Below are positions 11,857 to 48,320 of a stretch of 64,000 nucleotides of DNA, piece after piece. A program made the position numbers and the translations under genes. Source of the stretch: Macrostomum lignano (taxonomy: Eukaryota). The stretch is from NCBI GenBank assembly GCA_002269645.1, contig NIVC01001679.1:187166-251165 (forward strand), given 5' to 3'. Within the stretch, counting starts at the first letter, position 1. Each line of letters starts with the position of its first letter. The notes below the pieces were generated by a model. The model was not told the DNA's origin. It did no database searches and worked only from the letters and a program-made list of their open reading frames with translations.

Positions 11857-12125
11857 GTGACCTCGGCCCGGAACCGTCAGGCGATCCACTGCGGGTGAGC
11901 CGCCCTGAGGAACCTCACCACCATGTTCTCCTTCCTGAGATCTTCCAACTCCTTCAAACCGATACGCTTACGAAAACCGCGCGCACCTCCACCAGTGATA
12001 TTTATCTTCCATATCATCACATTCTTCGCATACACTCTCTCCTTCCAGTCCCACCTTCTGTCTCCAATACTTGGCGTATTTACAGTGGCCCCTTCTGAGC
12101 TGCGATACGATGCTGCTATCGCGGT
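11785..12125 (-). mobile_element. 3' end of a second I-group LINE with (CAA)n tail
   Basis: SQLRRGH...KVG...CEEC..ED..HWW.RC motif, stop, short 3'UTR, then (CAA)n at 11785-11856 abutting the first LINE's endonuclease. Confidence 0.65.
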
Positions 12126-12850
12126 TGCAGCCTGTGCTGGATCCGTACCTGCGTCCTGAGCAGAACGGCTTCCAGCCCCATCGCGGCACAGTGACGCAGA
12201 TCCTGGCTCTTCGGCGAGTCATCAAGGAAGCACTGATACGCCAGTCGATCCTGATTGTTATCTTCATAGATTTCAAGAAGGCATGCTGTTTCGAAGGATG
12301 GTGTTAAGGACTTTGGCCAGAGTGCATTCTAGGGCTATGCCGCGGAAGTAGTTGAGGCCGCTAGATTTGCTCTGCTTGGGAATGGTGGCCACGATCTTAG
12401 AAGTTCTCCATCGCTCTGGGGCACTAGCAGCAGTTGAGTCCCCGTCCAGGCAGCAAAAGCGGTTGAGGATTCCAATGATGACAGGCAGCAGCTCGGGCAT
12501 CTTCAGGACACGCGGTAGGATGTCATCGATTCCCGCTGCTGCATCAGCCCGCATGGTTCTTAGGGCCTTGGAGACTTCATCCATGGAAATCGGAGCGCAA
12601 TTGAAGTCGGATGGGCAGGCAGGTGGAAAGCCATCGAGCGTTGATGATAGCATTCGGCGTGGCTCGCCGTCCTGTGAGGCGGTTGATGGTGCGCCAGGCT
12701 GCAGCATGGCGGCAGTTGTCAGTGGCAGCCTTGATCTGCGTGCTGCAGACTGTCCAAGGACCACACCCGCCTCGACTGGATTCTCTGCCCAATGTCGCAG
12801 AGAGCCATTCGTACTCGTAACATCACCCTGAAATGCATCCCATCCGACCA
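12124..12850. mobile_element. RTE-like LINE RT fragment with an internal inversion
   Basis: Minus 12850-12286: ISMDEV..AL, AAGID, WRTSKI..IPK, YFRGIAL..LAKVLNTILRN. Plus 12124-12284: RLQPVLD..LRPEQNGF..FIDFKKA, the direct continuation in opposite orientation. Confidence 0.75.
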
Positions 12851-13981
12851 CACTCTCCTGTGCTGCAGACTGGACCTTCGGACCTTCAGGAAGCCGGCCA
12901 GTCCCCTGCCCTAATGGGATGCACTTAAAAATTCTGAAATCAGATCGAACTTCCGACTCGGGGCTCCGCCTTGACAGCTGCTACGACAGCCTTTCCGTAG
13001 CAGTCGCTTCTGCGGCAGTGCAGTGCTCCCCAGGAGGCAACCGCGGCACACTGGAACTCTCACCCGGATGTCATCAGAGCCCGGCCAGACATGCAGACTG
13101 GTCTCTGTATGCGTTTCATTTAACACTTCCCTGATGTAAATGCTTGGATCCGGTCTTTGCAGGAGTAAAATCCATCGGAGTGATTGCATGAGGGCGACTG
13201 AGTTATCACAAGCTGCATGGGTGTGCCTACCTAATGTGAACTAACGGGAAGGAGTGTTAGCACTGTGTTGAACTTTCATTTAATTAACAAATTTAATTTA
13301 CTTCAATCTGATATTCCAAATCAGGACTGGAATCTAAAATCTTCCAAAAACAAAACTCATGGAGACGTCTACTCAACTGTTCTCTCTTATATCTCATCTC
13401 TCCTTCAAGTCGTAGACATGTAGGTATACTACTTTGTATTATCAAGGGTTACGCTTTAGTCCACTGTACTCTATAGATACATTTTACGTAGCTAGAGGCT
13501 TATATCCCTGTGAATTGAGAAACTCAGCTTTCTGATCCAGATCAATAATCCCTTTGTTCAATCTAATATAAAGTCAAAATGTTCGTTCACATCCCGGAAT
13601 CCCCGGCAGCCGAGTCAAGTAAGGCTAATGACAAGTTGAAAATGAGCCGTTCAGTCCCGAAAAAATCAAATCGAAGCTCACATATTTGAATGCGATTGAG
13701 TAAGTTAATTGATTTGCTTTTGTATTTAATGATCTTTAATAAACAGAAACTTTAGCGGCTCACCACCACTGGCACATCAGAAGCGCGCCAACGCATTCCC
13801 GAAAGTCCTGCTTCTGGCCAAATTGTCGCAAAAACTAAAAAAGAATATAAATTACTGTAACAGTATTACAAGATTTTTAAAAAAATTGTTTATTAAAAGT
13901 TTCTTAGGTCGGCTCATTCACAAGCATCAGGCGATGTCGCTGATCAGTTAAGCAGCTGCTCGAATCGAAGCTGCAGAATAT

Positions 13982-14955
13982 TTATTCCTTATAAATGAGC
14001 AGCTCGAATGTTTTCATATAAGAGCTGATTGTCAGCACGGTTCCCGAGTCGTACAGGTAGTAGAATATGCCATCTTGTTTGTTGTCTGAGTACAACTTGT
14101 AGATTCCGTTCGGGTTGATGGCCGTGCAATATCCATACCAGCAGCCGGCCGACTTCTCAGCAGCGCAGCTGCCATGAGTGTGTGCGTCATTGTCATATTC
14201 GGGTGTGCTGAACTGCCAGCCGTTCGGCAGGACGTTCGGATGAGTCCGCTGTCCGACAATCGACCTGCTCGCGTCCAGAGGTCCCATCGAGCACCTGTAC
14301 TTATCGGCCACTGGGCCAACAGAGAACGGAGCATTCTCAGCCCAGTACCAGGTGCCGTTCCAGTCGCTGAACTCCCAACGGACTCTCCACACTCCAGTGG
14401 CGGTGAGCTGGTGGAGCTGCTCCAGTCCCATCCAGTAGTTGAGTCTCTGGCCCTGACCGAATCCGTTCACGTAGTCCCCCCAGTTCCGGTTGAAGCTGAC
14501 GGAGCCGTCGACTCTGTGCTGGAACGTCGTCCAGCAGCCCAACGGCTCCTTGAACTGAAATTAACAAGAGATGAAGTTTCGCATGAGAGCTCTGTTACAA
14601 CTCGGCAGTATCCTGATCACTGAGCTGTGCTACTCACCCACAGCTTCGCCAGGCCAGGATCTCCCTCGTGCCGGCACTTTCGGCAGGCGTCCTTGCTGCC
14701 TCGGTGGCACACCAGCAGGGTGCAGTCACCCGACTCAGCGCTGAATGAGACAGCGTGAGCAGCTTCGGCCGCATCGGAACTGCTCAGACAGTCGATCTTG
14801 CTATCACTCTTGAGCACTCGCAGAACCCTGTACTCGGAGATGTCACCAGACTGCAGCTTCCATTTCGAGAGGGAATTAGAAGAGTCAGCTGGCTCAGCAA
14901 CCACTGCTAAGGCGATTGCAAACACCCAACAGGTAAGCCGCAGTTCGGGACTCAT
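13982..14955 (-). CDS. Secreted PAN-like + fibrinogen C-terminal (FReD) protein, copy 2, intact (296 aa)
   Basis: Exons 14955-14638 and 14554-13982 with a phase-0 GT-AG intron; signal peptide MSPELRLTCWVFAIALAVVAE; complete FReD ending MKTFELLIYKE*. Confidence 0.88.
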
Positions 14956-15528
14956 TTGTTAGCTCTATTGGGTGTCATAAAGAGAATACCGATATGGGAA
15001 TCTTATGAGCTTTGATTGCACCTCGCAAGTGAGTTTTCCCCAGCTAAACTGACTTGTATTTATACACACTAATGAATGCGATGCCTGCTTTAACTGAAAG
15101 CTTTTCACTGCAAATCTTCTGAATGCCGAATGTGTCGCATTGAAGCCCCCGACAAAGGCTTCCAAACTGGGACCGGTTGCTTCATTTGCCTTTTAGAGGC
15201 TGTAGAGATGTTTGGCTATTATGAAAAACTGCTCATTGATGAGGCGTTTTGAAGCTGCGATGCTTTGCATTCATTTCCAGCTCCTAGACAACAGACAGCA
15301 GTTCCAGCTCATTAGCTGCTTAGATAGAAGCTCCATTGTTGATCTGCATTGTGCAGTTCCCCTATTGTCTTCTTTTAGGCTTTCACAGTAACAGAATTCA
15401 GCTCTTTTCGAAAGGATCTCGACACGTTTCCTGTTAGAGAGGCAGGGGATCTGGGAGGGTGGCGTGTTAAATAGAAAATTTAAAACAACTTGAATTAACT
15501 CGAAAGAAACATGATTATTTAGTATGCA

Positions 15529-15710
15529 CCGTCAGCTTCAACCGGAACTGGGGGGACTACGTGAACGGATTCGGTCAGGGCCAGAGACTCAACTACTGGA
15601 TGGGACTGGAGCAGCTCCACCAGCTCACCGCCACTGGAGTGTGGAGAGTCCGCTGGGAGTTCAGCGACTTTAACTGTAATTGGCACTGGCCTGAGAATGC
15701 TCCGTTCTTT
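15529..15710 (+). pseudogene. Third, internal fragment of the FReD gene
   Basis: Near-identical to VSFNRNW...WPENAPF of copies 1 and 2, truncated at both ends. Confidence 0.85.
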
Positions 15711-15941
15711 GTTCTCGATTTGATTTTTGAACTGCTCAAGAAACTGCTTTCCGCCAATTTTAACTTCCCAATGGCCACCTGGCCCCCTCAAGTTTTTTTT
15801 ACGTGATTTTCCGGTAGAAGGCATTTCTGCAGGATTTCCAGGGCTTTTTTCGGAGATTTCGAAGTGCGGTACAGATACAAGCACATACTGGAAGTTGCTA
15901 GTACGAGTATGTGCATATTTGTAGTATGTGCGTGGATATAA

Positions 15942-16545
15942 AGTAGCTCAGAGTAGTTCAGAGTAGCTCAGAGTAGCTCAGAGTAGCTCAGAGTAGCTCA
16001 GAGTAGTTTAGAGTAGCTCAGAGAGTAGTTCAGAGTAGCTCAGAGTGGCTCAGAGTAGCTCAGAGTAGCTCAGAGTAGCTCAGAGTAGCTCAGAGTGGCT
16101 CAGAGTAGCCCAGAGTAGCCCAGAGTAGCTCAGTGTAGTTCAGAGTAGCTCAGAGTAGTTTAGAGTAGCTCAGAGTAGTTTAGAGTAGCTCAGAGTAGTT
16201 CAGAGTAGCTCAGAGTGTAGCTCAGTGTGGCTCAGAGTAGCCCAGAGTAGCCCAGAGTAGCTCAAAGTAGCTCAGAGTAGCTCAGAGTAGCCCAGAGTAG
16301 CTCAGTGGCTCAGAGTAGCCCAGAGTAGCCCAGAGTAGCCCAGAGTAGCTCAGAGTAGCTCAGAGTAGCTCAGAGTAGCTCAGAGTAGCCCAGAGTAGCT
16401 CAGTGGCTCAGAGTAGCCCAGAGTAGCCCAGAGTAGCCCAGAGTAGCTCAGAGTAGCTCAGAGTAGCCCAGAGTAGCTCAGTGGCTCAGAGTAGCCCAGA
16501 GTAGCCCAGAGTAGCTCAGAGTAGCTCAGAGTAGCTCAGAGTAGC
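15942..16545. repeat. 10-bp minisatellite (GAGTAGCTCA)n
   Basis: Direct tandem repeat. Confidence 0.95.
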
Positions 16546-17014
16546 GCGGGACAGCTCAGGCAGTAGTATCTAAGTTGCTGACTGGTTTATAAATGCATCT
16601 CGTCCTACTGATTTTGACAATACAATACTCGTATGTACGACCGCACTAATTAATGCTATCCATCAGCTACAGCTGTTTTAATGACCAGATTTACTTCGCG
16701 AGATAAGGTTGTTAAATATTTCTGCAGTAAGTTTGTATAGGTCAAACTTGAAATTAAATACCTGCCGCAGCTTAAAAAGTTGCGCAAGAATTGAACAGTA
16801 TACTAATCTTCTAAGTTCGAGATTAAAATTAAGATTTCACTGACATGTGAACCTCGCATCACAGGTAGGCTAAACTATCTAAGACTGTGCGTGCCTATAG
16901 TTTGTTTACAAAAGCAACACCGAGGGGTATTAATACCTGCTAAACAGGCCGTCTGTTAGACCAATAGGTCGGCACCTTTTTGAATCTCTAAACATAGTTA
17001 ACCTTTATTGAACA

Positions 17015-20952
<3,938 letters not shown>

Positions 20953-21231
20953 CCGATGAAGAGGTTGAATAGTTTCATTGAGACCGCTTATCAGGAACCG
21001 CTATTAATCAATAAGTGATGGAGACTTCTGACAGTTCTGATTCTGAGACTTCCTCTTGGTATTTAAATTTTATACGTAAAACATAATGTAACCTGCTAGT
21101 GATAAATTCTCTCTGATTAATAATAAAATTTCGAGTATCCTGACGAAGGCAACGATTTGGCCGAAAATTTGGTCGTCTACTTTATAAACAAAACAAATTT
21201 CTCTCACTGTGTGTGCGGTTTTTAAATTAAT

Positions 21232-27568
<6,337 letters not shown>

Positions 27569-28193
27569 CATCTGTAAGCATGAAATCAATGCCAACTGGT
27601 TTGGATACAGGGCTGCTAGCTTCAGAACTTCAGAACCGCGCGACAACCGGTTCTGGAAGGAAAATAGTACAGATCAACAAAAATGCTTTTCCGCGCACGT
27701 CTGCCTATCAACGTTCACTAGCAATTCACGTGCTTCGCTGTACTTCTACTCGAGTACTCTTCACTTCACTCAGCCAGCATCTTCTGTCCCCCTGTTCCCT
27801 CTCTGACCCGTTTCTATTGCAGGCGAGGGGGGGGTGGTTGGCTGGCCAATGGAAAAGCGACCCACGGCTCTTAACGTACTACGGAATTCCTGACTCACAC
27901 AGTACAAGCAGCTCTTTCCCTCCTCTTACTAGTGGACCCTCACCCTCCTGGGTTGAAGGGGTTGTCTGCTTGGCATTTACATTGCATTCAGTATAGAAGC
28001 TCTTGCTTGATGACTATTTTAGGAAAGTAAAGGAGAGAGACAGATTCGACAGCGTAGAGGTTTGTGAGGTGGAAATACGTTTCTAAGAATTTCCCTAAGG
28101 CAATCACGTGTGGTTTAACTGCAGAATCCGGAGTGGAATTTCGTCAGTTCAGTCTATCAATCATTCAATCTGTCTGTTAGAAACTAAAAAAGC

Positions 28194-41111
<12,918 letters not shown>

Positions 41112-41276
41112 CTGCAAACTGCCATGAACACCGAATTGAGAACGTGATTGACCTTAAGGTGAAAATTAACCATTTTTAAATGGCCTCATGGTGAGTCAAT
41201 CAGATGATGGCCTCTTTAAGGGCAACCGGCAAAGCTCTTGTCTACACAGGCGAGGCCCTTGTCTAACACAATTGGG

Positions 41277-41690
41277 AACTGTTAGACAAGATCTAGTGCC
41301 ACCTGTTAGACAGGAATGTCACCTGTTAGACAAGAGTGTCACCTGTTGGACAGGAGTGCTACCTGTTGGACAGGAGTGTCACCTGTTAGATAGGAGTGTC
41401 ACCTGTTAGATAGGAGAGTTACCTGTTAGACAGGAGGGTCACCTGTTAGACAGGAGGGTCACCTGTTAGACAGGAGTGTCACCTGTTAGATAGGAGAGTT
41501 ACCTGTTAGACAGGAGGGTCACCTGTTAGACAGGAGGGTCACCTGTTAGACAGGAGTGTCACCTGTTAGATAGGAGAGTTACCTGTTAGACAGGAGGGTC
41601 ACCTGTTAGACAGGAGGGTCACCTGTTAGACAGGAGTGTCACCTGTTAGACAGGAGTGTTACCTGTCAGACAAGATCGAATGTCACCTGT
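41277..41690. repeat. 20-bp minisatellite (CACCTGTTAGACAGGAGTGT)n
   Basis: Direct; core shared in reverse with 56883-57265. Confidence 0.92.
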
Positions 41691-42819
41691 TAAAAAGGAG
41701 TATCGACTCTGCATTGTGTGGTACATGCATACACACGTACATATTTATAAGCATAATTTTGAAAATTTACGACTTCTAAAATCAACAGGCACTTAATTCT
41801 GCCTTTGCCGCAGAAAATCATTAGTTAGTCAGTTGCTATAGAAATAGACTTTTATTGACAAGACAACGCTACAACTGCTTGATTTTAGCTTTAGTGGATC
41901 TTCTAATTCCGCTCATCCGCACGAGATGGTTACAGCACCCTCTTCGTTTTTTTTAGGATTTTAAGCACAGCTCAGCAGCTTACACATAAAAGCTCATTTT
42001 TCCCGACCAGTAACTACTACTTGTTCTATAGTAGCACCTATCGTATTTCCGCATATAGTTAGTTTTATTTGTATCCATTTTTCGATACCTGTATGCTTGC
42101 CATTATGTTAATGGTACACCGCGCTTTAACTACTATAATCGGTAAAACTTTTAGTGGTAATGCGTTGCGTTTGAATTTTTGAACATAAAAATATTTGTCG
42201 TAAAGAACACTGCGAACTTTGATTTTAATTTGTTTTGTTTTAAATGTATTGCGCAGTTTACGGTACGGCGCTTATTTGCGTGAAAACAAACTTTTATTTA
42301 CATGTATCTTCCACTGAGTTTATTGAAACATTTTACTGCTTTTTTTCACGTTTCTTCTATTACAGTACAAACAAACGCAATAATTGTCTTTATAAACAAT
42401 ATAATTTTATTGTAGCTTATAGCTTTATCTTTACAGTAAGTTAATATCTTTTAATAAATAAGTACGGAATTTGGGACACTTGAAAACCTAAAAACTGTTT
42501 GCCTAAAAACTAAAATCTCGGAACAGTTATGGAATTGTTATAATAAAAATATTAATACGAATCTGTTTATTTAATATTAATGACATTAAATAATTTACAG
42601 AACGGCTAAATTTAATTAAATTAAGTTTAAGAATCAAATAGTGCATATGCAGTATTTGGACTAGGGACAATACTGATCAGATAAGCGTGATGAAGTATAT
42701 CAATCACTGATATTTTAGTAATTGAGATTTGTTAGAAACGAACGAATTTTGAAGAAAAATATTCACAAGTATCCTTTCACAACCAACTTCAAACACCCAC
42801 TTCAAACAATCACTTACCG

Positions 42820-43040
42820 CTACAACCACCCCACTCCCAGCTACAATCACCCACTCTCAGCTACAACCACCCCACTCCCAGCTACAATCACCCACTCTCA
42901 GCTACAACCACCTCACTCCCAGCTACAACCACCCCACTCCCAGCTACGACCACCCCACTCCCAGCTGCAACCACCCCACTGCCAACTACAACCACCCCAC
43001 TCCCAGCTACAACCACCCCACTCCGTGCTACAACCACTCA
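42820..43040. repeat. 21-bp minisatellite (CCACTCCCAGCTACAACCACC)n
   Basis: Direct. Confidence 0.85.
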
Positions 43041-43469
43041 CTCCATTCTTTATGAAGTGTCAGTTAAAATTCCAGTGTTCTGGTGCAGTATGAATATTTA
43101 TTTTACTTTTAGGTTAGCAAATAATAAGCAGACAAACTTGGTATTGCCTTACAATAAACAAAACATAAAGGCGAACCACCACCCGCAAATATTAAAATAT
43201 TAAAATAGTAAATAAATACATTGTTATTATACTTAAACATCATCTTGGAGAGTCTTTAACGGGACGCCGTGAAATGCTCCAATTGAAAGCGCATAAAAAC
43301 TCACCGTTTTAAATAAGATAAATCAGATAAATTGTTGGCAGCAAAAAATTGAGAAATTTATTGCAATGGGGTAAGAAAAATGTAAATAAAAATTAGCCAC
43401 TTTTTCAATTTACTTTCGTATAAGGCAGTGCTTTGCGGGATATTGGGAACTTGGTAATTGGCTCATGTA

Positions 43470-43993
43470 GATCAGGGTAGGCTTGGTTTGTGGCCTATGT
43501 ACATTGGGGGGAGACGGAGTAGGCTTGGTTTATGGCCTGTGTACAATGGGTGGAAGATGGGGTTGGGTTGGTTTGTGGCCTATGTACATTGGGTGGGAGA
43601 TGGGGGCAGGCTTGGTTTGTGGCCAGTGTACATTGGGGGAAGACGGAGTAGGCTTGGTTTATGGCCTGTGTACAATGGGTGGAAGATGGGGTTGGGTTGG
43701 TTTGTGGCCTATGTACATTGGGTGGGAGATGGGGGCAGGCTTGGTTTGTGGCCAGTGTACATTGGGGGAAGACGGAGTAGGCTTGGTTTATGGCCTGTGT
43801 ACAATGGGTGGAAGATGGGGTTGGGTTGGTTTGTGGCCTATGTACATTGGGGGAAGACGGAGTAGGCTTGGTTTATGGCCTGTGTACAATGGGTGGGAGA
43901 TGGGGGCAGGCTTGGTTTGTGGCCAGTGTACATTGGGGGAAGACGGAGTAGGCTTGGTTTATGGCCTGCGTACAATGGATGGAAGATGGGGTT
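43470..43993. repeat. ~41-bp minisatellite with higher-order units, resuming at 44603 after the SINE insertion
   Basis: GGCTTGGTTTGTGGCCTATGTACATTGGG units. Confidence 0.85.
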
Positions 43994-44602
43994 TTTTTTA
44001 GAGGCAGGGGTTGTGTGCACCCTGGCGCACTTTAAGCGACATTGGCACACAACCGGCGAGAGGCATTACTGCCCATTCCGCCGACTCCCCTGAGCAGGCA
44101 TACAAGCGCGCGGATACGTACGCAGGCACACACTCACACAGGAGTGTACAGCGGCCCTAACTTTATATTATCGTTTTTAGCTTTGAAAATTAATAACATA
44201 AATTACTGAGTTTAATGTACATTGAGGGGCATGGGGTAGGTGTACACTCGCTCCCCGATGGGGTTGTGTGCACCCTGGCGCACTTTAAGCGACATAGGCA
44301 CACAACCGGCGAGAGGCATTGCTGCCCATTCCGCCGACTCCCCTGAGCAGGCATACAAGCGCGCGGATACGTACGCAGGCACACACTCACACAGGAGTGT
44401 ACAGCGGCCCTAACTTTATATTATCGTTAGGCATGTACACTTCACTGTGCCTTGGGGGGTTGGCTCTTAAGGCCGTTAATTGCACGAGCAGAGCCAAGCC
44501 GAGATTCCAATTCAGCCCCAAATTAATGTGACTGCACTTGGAATCGAGCCTGGGTCGCTGGCACACCAGAGCAGCTGCGCTACCGCTGGGCTACGGCCCC
44601 CC
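43994..44602 (-). mobile_element. Chimeric SINE insertion: near-full SINE + 76-bp intron copy + SINE 3' half with poly(A)
   Basis: SINE 3' half 43994-44175; 44177-44252 matches 45291-45366 (one mismatch); SINE 44260-44602 with A/B boxes; 14-bp TSD TGGAAGATGGGGTT at 43980-43993 and 44603-44616. Confidence 0.85.
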
Positions 44603-44748
44603 TGGAAGATGGGGTTGGGTTGGTTTGTGGCCTATTTACATTGGGCGGGAGATGGGTAGGCTAAAAGAATAGCAGGCATGCAAAAGAATATAATATTGGT
44701 TAGTCAGCGCGCGGATCTTATCAGCACAAATTGCAAGCAAAGAGTTAA

Positions 44749-47088
<2,340 letters not shown>

Positions 47089-47169
47089 TTTCTTTGAGCA
47101 TGCAATATAATAAAAGGTGGAAAAGAAAAGTTAATACTGAATGGTAAAATTCATCGATTGTTTAATAGG

Positions 47170-47650
47170 GTACCCATATCCTGAAGCAGTTTGCCACAGC
47201 CTGAAGCAGATTCCCATATCCTGAAGTAGTTTCCCACAGCCTGAAGCAGATTCCCACATCCTGAAGCAGATTCCCATATCCTGAAGTAGTTTCCCACAGC
47301 CTGAAGCATATTCACATATCCTGAAGCAGATTCCCATATCCTGAAGTAGTTTCCCATATCCTGAAGTAGTTTCCCACAGCCTGAAGCATATTCACATATC
47401 CTGAAGCAGATTCCCATATCCTGAAGCAGATTCACATATCCTGAAGCAGATTCCCATATCCTGAAGCAGATTCCCATATCCTGAAGCAGATTCCCATATC
47501 CTGAAGCAGATTCTCATATCCTGAAGCAGTTTCCCATACCCCGAAGCAGCTTCCCATATCGTGAAGTAGTTTCCCACATCCTGAAGCAGATTTTCATATC
47601 CTGAAGCAGATTCTCATATCCTGAAGCAGTTTCCCATACTCTGAGGTAGT
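47170..47650. repeat. 20-bp minisatellite (CCTGAAGCAGATTCCCATAT)n between MFSD1 and SLC37A3
   Basis: Direct. Confidence 0.9.
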
Positions 47651-48320
47651 TGTTGGATGTACTGAAGTGGCTGCCCATATTCTGAAGCGGGCGTCTAGGC
47701 CCTGAAGTGTTTGCTGACACCCTGAAGTGTACTCTCATGTCCTGAATTGGGTGCCCATACCCCCAAATCCTGAAATTCCTAAATAAAGTCTTGAATCAGT
47801 GAAATAAACAAAACACAGAAGCCCAGCATTAAAACCTGATAAATTTGGTGAATTTTCAAATATATAAATCAAGCACCATTGTAACGCATAAAACAGCATT
47901 AATAAATGAATTTTAGAATAAAAAAGTTACTCGGATTATGTATTGCACAAATTGTATAATCGAAAGACCCGAAACACGGTCAAAAGTGGACGTCATGGAA
48001 AATTTTGAAATCAATTATCAATTTAAAAATACTGTCGTTAATAGAAAATAAAAAGAGAAAAAATAACTGAAGAAAATAATATTCGGAACTAATCATAAAG
48101 TTGCACCTATACAGTAACGCTTGACAACAGGTTGTTTACCTTGGATACTAAGGATTTCAAATTTTATATATTTATTTTCGAATGAAAATCCGGAAATTCT
48201 CTTATTTTTTTTCAACTCCAAACCTGTTAATCAAGGGAGCAATAAGAGTACATTTACCGTTTAAATCGCGTAATTAAAGACAAATAAGTGTCTCAATTTA
48301 ATCCTGCGCGATCGCAGATT

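Noticed and set aside
12124-12290. Twin-priming origin of the RTE inversion
   Set aside because: Junction is tail-to-tail, not the head-to-head geometry of twin priming.
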